Positions 29,851 to 51,916 of a DNA stretch of 64,000 nucleotides are shown here, one piece after another (the first letter of the stretch is position 1; every line of letters starts with the position of its first letter). A program made the position numbers and the translations under genes. This stretch comes from the human T2T-CHM13v2.0 reference genome, Homo sapiens, in the NCBI RefSeq assembly GCF_009914755.1, contig NC_060942.1. One strand, 5' to 3'. The notes under the pieces are model-generated. The model had not been told where the DNA came from. It searched no databases and saw only the letters and a list, made by a program, of their open reading frames with translations.

Positions 29851-32800
29851 AGGAACTGTAAAGATGAGATTAAAAAGTAGCTCATTTCTGTCAAATTAAG
29901 ATTTCAGCTCAGAAAAATCCAAGCATTAGCTTATCTAGTGAAAGTTACAAACTGTCAATTTTACATTTAAATTTTTTCCTTCTATCACAGAAAATGGAGG
30001 CGTATTTATCAAACCCATATATATGCATGCACATGCATGCCTGTTAGAAGCCAAATGTTCTCTTTCAAGCTGATCATGGTCTTTTAAAATTTTGCCCTTC
30101 AATAAAAAGAAGTGAGTTCCTTCGATCTTGTTTCAATATCATGTTGCATTGCTCTGTGTTTTTATCTGGCATAAAAAATCCTATCCAGACAAAATATTAA
30201 ACAATATTAAATTAAACTTATGTGCTTTGAAAATGAGCCAAAGGGACCACAAAGAAGGTATATACTGCCATTTCTAAAGCAAATGCTTACAATGCATAAA
30301 ATATGAGTGTTAGGGCTATTTATTAAATCTTTACTACTTTAACACAAACACATGAAAATTCAGACTATATTTATAACACAAGGAATACTATTAAAAGTAT
30401 TTAACAGAGAAAAAAATGGCAGATAGAAAACAGGACTAATGTGCAGCCCCCCACTTGGACAGACAGAACAGCATGTGGAGACTCACACTGTGAACTTTTG
30501 CTCCAAGAACCACTGCAGAAATATACCAGGAAAACTGAAAGAATTCACAGACCCTTTGAAAGAAGCAGCTTGCCACTGCAAACTCTGTGAGACAGCTGAA
30601 AAACTGTGAATTCCCAAAGTGTGAGAGAGGGAACATCCACCTCCAAAAACACATCTCCACCAGGGAACCTGAAAATCCAGATCACAGGAGAAGGATTTAA
30701 CCTTCCATAGAGCTGAAACAGACTTAGGGAGCTAAGCAAAATATAAAAGTAGAAGAAGTGGCAGGAAGAGCCCTGTAGGCACTCCTGGTCCCCAGCTCAA
30801 GCCTACAGAAGCCATCACTGGCTTTATCTCACAAGAGTCCTTGGGAAAGGCAGCCAGCGGAATTGGAGAGGTATCACAGGGTGAAGGAAGCTTCTAGCCA
30901 AACTTTGTAATAATTTAAACTGAACATGAATTTTCCTGAGCAGAATCTCGTGTGAGGAATGGGAAGTGTGAATACAAGTGCAGAAGCCACAGCTGAAGAT
31001 GCCAGAAGCATGGAGGGGTGAGACCGACAAGCCCTGCTTGCTTTCTCAGTGGGGAGGTATGTAGCCTGGGGCAAGATCTCAGCCCTGCTGCCTGGATATA
31101 AACTCACTGCTGTTGGCAGGGCACCATGGGAGTGAGACTGGCATTGATGGCTGCATGGGAGCTGGGTGAGGACCGACACTGCTAGATTTCCCCCACTTCC
31201 CTGGTGATCTGTATGATGCAGCAGAGGTAGCCATAATCCCCCTGGGAACATACCTCCATTGGCCTGAGAACCACCCTCCCATCCTGCACAGTGGCCGCAG
31301 CAAGACCCACCCAAGGAGAGTCTGAGCTCAGACCTGCCTAACCCTACCCCGACGTGATGATTTTTCTCTACCCATTCTGGTAGGTGAAGACAAAAGACAA
31401 ACTCTTGGGAGCTCTAAGGCCCTGACTATTTCTTGAGAAACCAGAATACTTACACTGGCCCATGTAGGGCAAACTTCTATCCCCCTTCTACAACCATAGC
31501 TGGTGCTCTCTTGAAGGTGCCACCTCCTAGCTGGAGGCCAATCAACTCAAGCAATTAGAGCAACTCATAACAGAACAACCCTGCTCCAAAGAAGGAGAGA
31601 ACAACAGCTAATTCCACTACCTGCAACATTCTGGCTAACCAGAGGTCATGAGTCTGTCCACATGACAACTTCACTGCTATCATAACCAGCATTTGAGAAA
31701 ATCAGCACACTAAGCAAAAGTACAACCAAGAATTCCCACAGAGTCCACTTAACTCCCCTGCCACCTCCACCGGAGCAAGTGCTGGTAACCAGGGCTAGAA
31801 GATCTGAAGACGGATCACATCAGGGGACTGTTTGCTGATCATCTCCCAAACCAGCCCAGAGCCCAGTAGCCCTGCTGGGTGACTAGACCCAGAAGGACAA
31901 TAACAATCACTGCATTCCAGCTGTCAGAAAGCCCCATCCCTAGGGTAAAGGAGAGAGCACCATATCAATGGATCACCCAGTGGGACAAAAGAATCTGAAC
32001 CCTTGAGTTCTAGATCTTTCACTGAAACACTCTACCCAAATGAGAAGGTACCAGAAAGGTAATTCTGGCAATATGACAAAAAGAAGTTTCTATAACTCCC
32101 CCAAAAGTTCACACTAGCTCTCCAGCAATGGATTCAAACCAAGAAGAAATCTCTGAATATCTGAAAATTCAGAGTATAATGTTGGCTGTGGGTTTGTCAT
32201 AGATGGCTTTTATTACCTTAAGGTATGTCTTTCTATGCCAATTTTGCTGCAGGTTTTAATTATAAAAGGATGCTAGACTTTCAATGCAATGAGAATTGCA
32301 TTGAATTTATAGATTGCTTTTGGCAGTATGGTCATTTTCACAATATTGATTCTACTCATCCATGAGCATGGGATGTGTTTCCATTGCAGAGATTGCCACT
32401 GCAAACTGTGTGAGACAGCTGAAAAACTGTGAATCTAAGAAATCTAAGAAACAGAATCTAAGAAATATCTGAAGCCAGATAAAGAATTCAAAAGGTTGAT
32501 TATAAAAAGCTACCAAAGGAGGTTCCAGAAAAGGTAAAAATTGACTTAAAGAAATTTTAAAAATACAGAATATGGATGAAAAAGTTTCCAGAGAAATAGA
32601 TATCATAAAGAAAAGAGAATCACAACTTCTGGAAATAAAAGACACACTTAGAGAAATGCAAAATACACTGGAGCATTTCAACAAGTAGAAGAATTGAACA
32701 AGTAGAAGAAAGAACTTCAGAGCTCGAAGATAAATCTTTGGAATTAACCCATTCTGACAAAGACAAAGAGAAAAAGAATTAAAAAAAAAAAACTGACAAA

Positions 32801-32968
32801 GCCTGCAAGACTTTTGGGACTATGTTAAATGACTAAACATAAGAATAATTGATGTTCCTGAGGAAGAAGAGAAATCTAAAAGCTTGGAAAACTTATTTGA
32901 GGGAATAATCGAGGAAAACTCCCTTGGTCTTGCTAGAGATCTAGACATCCAAATAAAAGAAGCTCAAA

Positions 32969-33286
32969 GGCTGGGTGCTGTGGCTCAAACTGGTAATCCC
33001 AGCACTTTGGGAGGCTGAGGTGGGTGGATCATGAGTTCAGGAGATCGAGACCATCCTGGCTAACACAGTGAAACCCTGTCTCTCCTAAAAATACAAAAAA
33101 ATTAGCCAGGTGTGGTGGCACATGCCTGTAGTCCCAGCTACTCAGGAGGCTGAGACAGGAGAATGGCTTGAACCCAGGAGGCAGAAGTTGCAGTGAGCCG
33201 AGATCACGCCATTGCACTCCACACTCCAGCCTGGGCAACGAGAACGAAACTCCATTTAAAATAAAAGAAAAGAAAGAAAAAAAAAA
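32969..33286 (+). mobile_element. Alu (AluSc/Y-like) in L1 ORF1
   Basis: TSD aaaagaagctca(a/g)ag. Confidence 0.95.
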
Positions 33287-34035
33287 AGAAGCTCAGAGAG
33301 CACCCAGGAAATTCATCATCACAAAAAGGTCATCACCAAGGTGCATAGTCATCAGGTTATCTAAATTCAAGATGAATGAAAGAATCTTAAGAGTTGTGAG
33401 GCAAAAGCATCAAGTAACCTATAAAGGAAAACCTATCAGATTAACAGAAGGTTTCTCAGCAGAAATCTTACAAGCCAGAAGGAACTGGGGTCCCATCTTT
33501 AGCTCCTTAAACAAAATAATTATCAGCCAAGAATTTTGTATCCAGCAAAACTAAGCTTCATAAATGAAGGAGTGATAAAGTATTTTTCAGACAAACAAAT
33601 GCTAAGAGAATTTACCACTATGAAGCCAGCACTATAATACATGCTAGAAGAAATGCTAAATCTTGAAACAAAACCTCTAAATTCACTAACGTAGAACCTC
33701 CTTAAAGCATAAATATCACAGAACTATAAAACAATAGCACAATGAAAAAAAAACCCAGGGTATTCAGTCAACAATTAACATGATGAGTAAAACAGTATCT
33801 CACATCTCAATACAAAGGTTGAATGTAAATGTCCTAAATGCTCCACTTAAAAGATACAGAATGGCAGAATGGATAAAAATGCACCAACAGAGTATCTGCT
33901 GTCATCAAGGGGCTCACCTAAGACATAAGGTCTCACATAAACTTAAGGTAAAGGGATGGAAGAAGGTATTCCATGCAAATGGAAGTCAAAAGCAAGCAGG
34001 AGTAGCTATTCTTATATCAGATAAAACAGACTTTA

Positions 34036-34344
34036 GGCCAGGCACAGTGGCTCACGCCTGTAATCCCAGCACTTTGGCAGGCCTAGGTGGGTGGATCATG
34101 AGGTCAGGAAATCAAGACCATCCTGGCTAACATGGTGAAACCCCATCTCTACTAAAAATACAAAAAAAAAAACAGCCGGGCATGGTGGCAGGCGCCTCTA
34201 GTCCCAGCTACTCAGGAGGCTGAGGCAGGAGAATGGCATAAACCCAGGAGGCGGAGCTTGCAGTGAGCCGAGATTGTGCCACTGAACTCCAGCCTGGGCG
34301 ATACAGCGAGACTCTGTCTCAAAAAAACAAACAAACAAACAAAC
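34036..34344 (+). mobile_element. Alu (AluY-like) in L1 ORF2, (CAAA)n tail
   Basis: 13-bp TSD aaaacagacttta at 34023-34035 and 34345-34357. Confidence 0.96.
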
Positions 34345-36824
34345 AAAACAGACTTTAAAGCAACAACAGTTAAAAAAGACAAAGAGGAAAATTATATAAT
34401 AATAAAAGGATTAGTCCAACAGGAAATTAATAATATCACAATCCTAAATATATATGCATCTAACAGTGGAGCGCCCAAATTTATAAAACAATTACTAAAA
34501 AACCTAAGACATGAGATAGATGGCAACACAATAGCAGTGGGGGGTTTCAGTAATCCACTGACAGCACTAGTTAGGTCACAAGACAGAAAGTCAACAAAGA
34601 AACAATGGACTTAAACTGTACCCTAGAACAAATGGACTTCACAGATATTTACAGAACATTCTACTCAAAAATTGCAGAATATACATTCCTTTCATCAGCA
34701 CATAGAACATTCTCTAAGATAGACCAAATTAGAGGCCACAAAACAAGTCTCAATAAATTTAAGAAAATCGAAATTATATCAAGTACTGTCTCAGACCACA
34801 GTGGAGTAAAATTGGAAATTAACCCCAAAAGGAACCCTCAAAACTATACAAGTACATAGAAATTAAAGACTCTGTTCCTGAATGATCTCTAGGTCAACAA
34901 TGAAATTAAGACAGAAATTTAAAAATTGTTTGAACTGGACAATAATAGTAGCAAAATCTATCAAAACCTCTGGATAAGACAAAAGCAGTACTAAGAGGAA
35001 ATTTAATAGCATTAAATGTCTACATCAAAAACTCTGAAAGAGCACAAATGGGAAATCTAAGGTCACACATCAAGGAACTAGAGGAACAAAAACAAAACAA
35101 GCCCAAACCAGCAGAAGAAAAAAAATAACAAGGATCAGGGAAGAATTCAATGAATTGAAACAAAAAAAAAATACAAAAGATAAATGAAACAAAAAGCTGA
35201 TTCTTTGAAAAGATAATCAAAATTGATATGCCATTAGCAAGACTAACCAAGAAAAGAAGACAGAAGATCCAAATAAACTCAATTAGAAATGAAACAGGAG
35301 ATATTATGACCAATACCACAGAAATACAAAATATCATTCAGGTCTACTTACTATGAGCACCTTTACGTGCACAATCTAGAAAACCTGGAGAAGATGGATA
35401 AATTCCTGGAAATATACAACCCTCCCAGATTAAACTAGGAAGAAATAGAAACTCAGATCACTAACAAATAGTGAGACTGAAATAATAGTTTTAAAAATCG
35501 CCAACAAAAAAGGTCCAGGACCAGACAGATTCACATATAAATTCTGTCAGACAATCAAAGGAGAATTAATACCAATCCTACTTAAACTATTCCAAAAGAT
35601 GGAGAAAGAGGGAATCCTCCTCAAATCATTCTATGAAGTCAGTATCAACATAATACTGAAACCAGGAAAGGGCATAACTGAAAGGAAAACTACAGGCCAA
35701 TATCCCTAATGAACATAGATGCAAAACTCCTCAACCAAATACTAGCTAACTGAATCCAACAGTATATCAAAAAGATAATAAACCATGATCAACTGGATTT
35801 CATACCAGGGATGCAGGGTTTGTTTAACATACACAAGTCAATAAATGTGATACACCACATAAACAGAATTAAAAATAAAACTCAAATGATCATATCAATA
35901 GATGCATAAAAAGCATTTGACACAAACAAATGGAAACACATCCCATGCTCATGGATGGGTAGAATCAATATTGTGAAAATGACCATACTGCCAAAAGCAA
36001 TCTACAAATTCAGTGCAATTCTCATTGCATTGAAAGTCTAGCATCCTTTTATGATTAAAACCTGCAGCAAAATTGGCATAGAAGGGACGTATCTTAAGGT
36101 AATAAAAGCCATCTATGACAAACCCATAGCCAACATTATACTGAGTGGGGAAAAGTGGAAAGCATTCCCCCTGAGAACTACAATAAGACACAGATGCCAA
36201 TTTTTACCACTTCTATTCAACATACTACTGGATGTCCTAGCCAGAGCAATCAGACAAGAGAAAGAAATAAAGGCATCCAAATCAGTAAAGAGGAAATCAA
36301 ACTATTGCTGTTCACTGATGATATAATTGTATACCTAGAAAACCCTAAAGACTCATCCAAAAAAACTCCTAGATCTGATGAACAAATTCAGTAAAGCATC
36401 AGGATACAAAATCAATATACACAAGTCATTAGCACTATTATACACCAACAGTGACCAAACTGAGAATCAAATAAACCCTTTTACAACAGCTACAAAAAAT
36501 AAATAAATAAATAAATAAATAATAAAATAAAATAAAAAATACTTAGGCATATACCTAGCCAAGGAGGTGAAAGATCTCTACAACGAAAACTACTAAACAC
36601 TGCTGAAAGAAATTATAGACGACATAAACAAGTGGAAACAAATCCCAGCTTTGTGGATGGGCAGAATCAACATTGTGAAAATGACCATATTGCCAAAAGC
36701 AATTTACACATTCAATGAAATTTCCACCAAAATACCATCATTATTTTCACAAAACTAGAAAAAACAATCCTAAAATTCATTTGGAACCAAAAAAATAGCC
36801 TGCATAACCAAAGCAAGACTAAGA

Positions 36825-37310
36825 ATGAAGAACAAATCTGGAGGTGCCACATTTCCTGACTTCAAACAATTCTACAAGGTTATAGTCACCAAAACAGCAT
36901 GGTACTGGTATAAAAATAGGCATGTAGACCAATGGAACAGAATGGAGAACCCCAAAATAAAGCCAGACAGTTACAGCCCACTGATCTTCAACAAAGCAAA
37001 CAAAAACATAAAGTGGGGAAAGGACACCTTATTTAACAAATGGTGCTGGGATAATTGGATAGCCACAAGTAGAAGAATGAAACTGGATCCTCATTTCTCA
37101 CCCTATACAAAAATCAACTCAAGATGGAGGAAAGACTTAAATCTAAGACCTGAAACCATAAATATTCTAGAACATAACACTGGAAAAACTCTTCTATACT
37201 TTGACTTAGGCAAAGAGTCCATGACAAAGAACCCAAAAGAAAATTCAACAAAAACAAAGATAAATAGATGGGACTTAATTAAAGTAAAACGTTTCTACTT
37301 AGCAAAATAA
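36825..37310 (+). pseudogene. L1 ORF2 C-terminal remnant (161 aa open)
   Basis: [26 protein letters not shown]...[10 protein letters not shown]...KLDP matches L1 ORF2p. Confidence 0.92.
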
Positions 37311-38356
37311 ATAGTAAACAGACAACCCATGGAGTGGGAGAAAGTATTTGTAAATTATGCATCTGACAAAGGACTAATATCTAGCATGTACAATGAACTC
37401 AAACCAATCATCAAGAGTAAAAAAAAAATCCTATTAAAAAAGTGGGCTAAAGACGTGAATAGACAATTGTCAAAAGAAGATATAAAAATGGCCAATGGAC
37501 ATATTAGAAAATGCTCAATAACACTAATTATCAGAGAAATGTAAATCAAAACCACAATGCAATACCCCGTTACTCCTACAAGAATGGTGATAATTAAAAA
37601 AATCAATAAATAATAGATGTTGACGTGGATGTGGTGAAAAGAGAACACTTTTACAATGCTGGTGGGAAGGTAAACTAGTGCAACCACTGTGGAAAACTGT
37701 ATGGAGACTCCTTAAAGAACTGAAAGTAGAACTACCATTTGATCCAACAATCCCACTACTGGGTATCTACCTAGAGGAAAAGAAGTTATATGAAAAAGAC
37801 ACTTGCACACACGTTTCTAGCAGGACAATTTGCAATTGCAAAAATATGGAACCAGCCTAAATGCCCATCAACCACAAGTGGATAAAGAAAATGTGAAATA
37901 CTACTCATCCATAAAAAAGAATGAAATAATGGCATTCTCAGCAACCTGGATGGAGTTGGAGACATTATTCCAAGTGAAGTAACTTGGGAATGAAAAACCA
38001 AACATTATATGTTCTCATTTATAAGTGGGAGCTAAGCTGTGAGGAGGCAAAGTCATAAGAATAATATAGTGGACTCTAGGGACTTGGGGGGAAGGATGGG
38101 AGGGGAGTGAGGGATAAAAGACTACATCTTGGGTACAAAGTACACTGCTCAGGTACACCAAAATCTCAGAAATCACCACTGAAGAACGTATCCATGCAAC
38201 CAAACACCAGCTGTTCCCCAAAAACTATTGAAATAATAAAAAAAAAATTAAGAAGAAAAATACTAATCAATTACTAAAAGCATAAAGTCTCAGGGTAGAA
38301 GGGGACTTTAGATGCATGTAACATGGGTCCCTCACATTATTAGCTAAGGAATCTTA

Positions 38357-38512
<156 letters not shown>

Positions 38513-38555
38513 TAAGTATCTGCCTCAAAAGAAAGACCCCATGTTTAACAATCAG

Positions 38556-46240
<7,685 letters not shown>

Positions 46241-47097
46241 ATATTTAATAAGCAGTACAGCCTAGACAACAATCAATCATACCAGAAATGTTACTTTCCC
46301 GTGTGCTGTTCTGGTGCATGCCATTAGCTCTGTCACCATCAAAATGTAGCAACATCTTTGTTTTGCCAGCAGGTCATTGTATTTCCATGATACTGAACTA
46401 TGCTTAACATTATTTCCAATAAAATAACTAATTCCATATTTAAAAAAAGAATCTGGAACCAATAAATTATGCAAGCTTGAAATTCCCTTGTTTTACTTTT
46501 TCTTTTAGTTTGTTTCCTTTGACACACATAAACAATTATTCCATATTATCAAGTTCTTCTTTTTCTATTCTGCTCATACTGGAATTCAAATTGCATTCAA
46601 GTGATCACTTTTCAGCATGAGAATTTTTAAGAGAAAACTTACCCCCAAATCTTAACTCTGTTGTTTTTCCCTGAAGAGGTAAGACACTATTAGATTCAAT
46701 TTATTTAATTATGCCTTATTCTACCCACTAAAGTATTAGTGCTTCTAATACAGAGCACATGACAGATTTTCCCAAAGTGGGCCTTTGAACGCTAGACTGT
46801 GGAATGTCAATAGTGTTCACTAGTTGTCCTTTCAAGGTTAAAACTTACTAATTTTGTTCATGTGATATTTTATGAGCTGCTTTATTTCATCTCATTTTTA
46901 AACACATTCTCAAGATCCACAGTGTGCTGTGTTATTGGAGTCTCAGACTCAGAACCAATGTAATATTTAACATTCTAGCTGAGGTACCTATATAATATAC
47001 AAATAAATAAGAATTTTAGATTGTAATAAATGCTATAAAAATAAAGTAATGCTAGTGAGTGATAGAGTAGGGGTTAGAGGTCTTTCAGAGAAATTGA

Positions 47098-47520
<423 letters not shown>

Positions 47521-47575
47521 AAACTTGGCTTTTCTAAGGAACAGAATAATAAAGCCAAATAGAACGAAGGGCAAG

Positions 47576-47906
47576 TGCTATAATCTGAATGTTTGTGCCT
47601 CTACCTCCAAAATTCATCTGTTGAAACCCTCAATGTGATGGTATTTAGAGGTGGAATTTTTAAGAGGTTGGATTAGTGCCCTTATGAAAGGCGCTTGAGG
47701 GAGCTTTCTCATGCCTTCCACCATGTGAGGTCACAGATAGACTGCATCATCTTTGAAGCAGAGACTAAGCCCTCACTAGACACCAAATATGTTGATGCCT
47801 TGATCTTGGATTTCCCAGCCACCAGAACTGTGAGCAATAAATTTCCATTGTTTAAAAATTACCCAGTTTCAGTATTTTGTTATAGCAGTGAGAACAGACT
47901 AAGGCA
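47576..47906 (+). mobile_element. MaLR solo LTR (MST/MLT1A-like)
   Basis: TG...CA termini; perfect 5-bp TSD gcaag (47571-47575, 47907-47911); AATAAA at the expected site. Confidence 0.92.
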
Positions 47907-48199
47907 GCAAGAGAGTGGTAAAAGACATTGGAGAGGTGGCCCTGGGCTAGAACATGTAGGACTTGGATTTTATTCAAAGTGCCATGAGAAGTCACTGAAG
48001 ATGTTTAGTCAGGAAACTATCATGCTTTTCTCTTCAAAAAAAATCGCCCTGACTTTTAAAATCTTACTCAATTGTAAATATACTAAAAAGGGCAACAGTC
48101 TTCCATGTGAAACAAACTGTACTAGGTTCTAGTCATTATATTTCCAAAGGCAATGCCACATTAAAACCACCTAAGGCATTTTCACAGCTTTTCAAAACA

Positions 48200-48322
48200 C
48201 AACAGCCCAGGCCTCCCTTCTTAAGGCTTCTGATTCAGGGATCGGAGACTGATTCTGGGACTCCGTATTTTAAAAATCTCCCAAGATGTTTCTGATGCAC
48301 ATTCCCACTTAAACATCCCTGA
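48200..48322. mobile_element. MER5-like DNA transposon fragment
   Basis: ttctgattcag...gtattttaaaaatctcccaagatgtttctgatgcac. Confidence 0.5.
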
Positions 48323-51300
48323 CCTAAGCCGTACTTATTGGAAAACACAGTTTACAAAATAATTTTAAATGCCAAATTTTCAATAGATAAAAAACTGTAT
48401 GATAAATTGGCATTTCAAAATAATATGTTTTTTCCACAATTATTCTTCACAATACTAAGGGGACTCAGCATTATTTAGATGGGAACACAGGTACTTAAAT
48501 AACCTCTTTGAAATTATCACTCGTCACTGAATTTCTGATCTCTTTTATCACCTGAAGCCTATCTTAATGCTACTCAACATGTTTCCTGGCTGGCACAGAC
48601 AATCTATATAGAACTGTACCAAACAATTCAGGTTTATATTGTCCTCTAACCTAATGTTCGATCTTGAAGCTATTGCATTTTCTGACAGATTTCTTTTGAT
48701 CTTCCTTTACACAGTCCTTTAGGACATCATTCTAACTGAAGTCTCCCTTGGTTACTATTGTGGCTAATAACGTTTTAGCTCCTCAAATTAATTCTGAAGC
48801 ATAGCAACGGGATTTACTTAATGTGGCTGATCTGGCCTATTTGCTTCATATTTTCTCTGCTTCTGATAAACTCAGCAGCATAGCTATGAACTCATGTCAA
48901 CCTAACCTACATTCATTCTCCTTGCTGGACCAGTGTGCTGGGTAAACTGAAAGGATTAGGTCAGAGATATGACCCACACAGAGAACTTCTAAACTTGCTG
49001 TTTTCTCTGAGCCTGAGAAATAATCCTCATCATCCCCTTGGGAGCTTAAAGTCACATTATTTTTAGATGTCACAAACGAGTAAGATCAACATGACTACAC
49101 ACTTCTCCCTTCTTTTCCCCTTCTCACATTCACCTTCCTGTTTCTCTTGCTGAAATTTTAGTACAGGATTTTTGCTGGTTTTGTAACAGGCAGAGTTTTT
49201 CTATTTTTTATATTAGTACCATTTATTAAATAGATGCTTTTCCAGTGGGCAGACTGACTACATGAGCATTGCTTCTTCTCTAACTCCATGTGGCATTGAT
49301 GATGGCCTCTTCACTTTTGACATCCACCCCCTTTCACACTACAGTTGAAGTCAGTATGAGTCTGAAGGAAGATTTTAATTTACCTGGGCACTACATGGCA
49401 GTAACTTTGACTCTACCACACAAGTTCTCTCTGAAATAATACTTTGGTTTGACATGAGCAGAGCCACTCCATTTCTACTAATACACCTACTAGTATACTA
49501 ATTGTTTTCAATTTAGTGTAAACAGGTGAGTGCTCATAGTGCCTGGCACAGTTTTGAAGAATGGGCAAGTGTTTCCTTCCTCGGGCATGTCTCTAAACCA
49601 TAGAGCCCTCCCTAAAAAAAAGGAAACAGTGCTAAAGCAGTTGTTTTCAACTGGGTTGTACCACCCTCTAATAGTCATTTTAGAAATCCGTAGGGCTTTT
49701 TATGATTATCACAAAAGCCTGTGGGTACTGGCATTAGTGGTGAAGATGGGGTTGAGGTGGTGGTGGCAAGAATGTTCTATGACATACAGTATTAAGAACA
49801 TTCTTGCACTACCCTGATACCAAAACCAGACAAAGACACAACAACAACAACAAACTACAGACCAATATCCTTGACAAACATAGGTACAAAAATTCTCAAA
49901 AAATACTAGCAAATAGAATTTAACAACACACTTAAAATTTGATTTACTATGATCAAGTGGGTTTTATCCCAGGAATGCAAGGATGTTTCAACGTATCATG
50001 GGGATATGTTAAAGAGAATCACAGGGATATGTTAACAGAATCGTGGGGTAAAAATATGATGATTTCAACAGATGCTGAATAAAGCATTTGATAAAATTTA
50101 ACATCTCTTCATGGAAAAAACCCTCAACAAATTGTTTATAGAAGGAACATACTTCAGCATGATAAAGGCCATATATGACAAGCCCACAGCTAATATCCTA
50201 CTGAATAGGGAAAAGGTGAAAGCCTTTTCACTAAGATCTGGAACAAGACAAGGATGCCCAATTTTACTACTTCTATTCAATAGAGTACTGGAATTTCTAG
50301 CCAGAGCAAACATGCAAAGAAAGAAATAAAAGGATCCAAATTGGAAAAGAGGAAGTCAAGTTGTTCTTCTCTGCAGATGACATGATCTTATACCTAGGAA
50401 AAGCTAAAGACTCCACCAAAAAACTCATTAGATCTGATAAGTAAATTCAATAAGGTTTCAGGATACAAAATGAACACATAAAATTAGTAGCATTCCTGTA
50501 TACTAATAGTAATGAATCTGAAAAAGAAATCAAGAAACCAATCCCTTTAGAATAGCTATTTTAAAATACTTAGGAATAAATTTAACCATAGAAGTGAAAG
50601 ATTTCTATAGGAAAATTATAAAATTGTGATGAAATAAAGAGCAGAGGACACACAAAAAATAGAAAAATATTCTATTCTCATGGATTGGAAGAATTAACAT
50701 TGTTAAAATTGTCTTTGTTACTCAGACAATATACATATCCAATGCAATTCTTATCAAAATACTAATGACATTCTTCACAGAAATAGAAAAAACTAAAATT
50801 CATATAAAACCAAAAGGCCTCGAATAGCTAGAGCAATATTGAGTTAAAAAACAATGCTGGAGGTATCACACTTCTTGACTTCAAATTATATTACAAAGCT
50901 ATAGTAGCCAAAGCAGCATGATCTGGCACAGAAACAGAGACACATACTTAAAGAAAAGAATAAAAACCCAAAAATAAATTGGTGAGTTGACAGATAACTT
51001 ATTTTTTTCAAAATACATTGGGAAAAGGAGACTCTGTTCAATGAATGGTGCTGGGAAGGCCAGATATCTATATACAGAGGAGTGAAACTAGATTCCATCT
51101 TTCACCATATACAAAACTCAACTCAAAATAGATTAAAGACTTACATCTAAGACCTGAAACTATGAAACTAATAAAATAAAACAATGTGGAAATGCTATAT
51201 GACATTTCTCTGGACAAAGATTTTTGGGGGTAAGACCTATAAAGCACAGGTAACACAAGAAAAAATAGACAAATGGGATAACATCAAGCTAAAAAGCTTC

Positions 51301-51874
51301 AGCACAACAAAGAAAAAAATTAACAACATGAACAGACAATCTGAAGAATAGGAGAAAATATCTGCAACTATCCCATCTGACAAGGGATTAGTCACCAGAA
51401 TATATAAGGAGCTCAAACAACTCAACAGCAAAAATTAATCCCATTAAAAAATGGGCAAAAGGTCTGAATAGACATTTCTCAAAAGAAAACATGCAAATGG
51501 ACTATAACTGTATGAAAAAAATGCTCAACATCACTAATCATCAGAAAAATGCAAATCAAAACCACAATAAGATATCGCCTCACTCCGTTTAGAGTCACTG
51601 TTATGAAAAAGACATGAAGAAAGGAGAATGCTCATACACTGTTGGTGTGAATGTAAGTAGTACTGCTACTATAGAAAACAGCATGGAGTTTTCTCAAAAA
51701 AATGAAAATAGAAGTACTATATGACCCAGCACTCCCACTTCTGGGTATATACCCACAAGAATGAAAATCAGTATATTGAGATATCTGCACTCCCATGTTT
51801 ATTGCAGAACTGTTCACAATAGCCACAATATGGAATCAAACTAAGTGTCCATCAACAGACGGTTGAACAAGAAC

Positions 51875-51876
<2 letters not shown>

Positions 51877-51913
<37 letters not shown>
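51877..51913. repeat. (TA)n microsatellite inside L1
   Basis: Perfect TA run. Confidence 0.95.

Positions 51914-51916
<3 letters not shown>

Larger units (their letters stand above)
30407..38248 (+). mobile_element. Near full-length LINE-1, L1PB-like, inactivated; carries two Alus and two templated internal insertions
   Basis: 5'UTR (atggcagatag...caggactaa), ORF1 (ERILRVVRQKHQVTYKGKPIRL), ORF2, L1PB-type 3' end (accaaacaccagctgttccccaaaaactattgaaat) and poly(A). Confidence 0.95.

Noticed and set aside
33780-37860. L1 ORF2 ORFs as an active retrotransposon
   Set aside because: Many stops and frameshifts, an Alu and a templated insertion interrupt the frame.
30380-38270. TSD for the L1PB element (aaggaatacta vs aagaaaatacta)
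   Set aside because: Short, A-rich and offset from the element start; not convincing.
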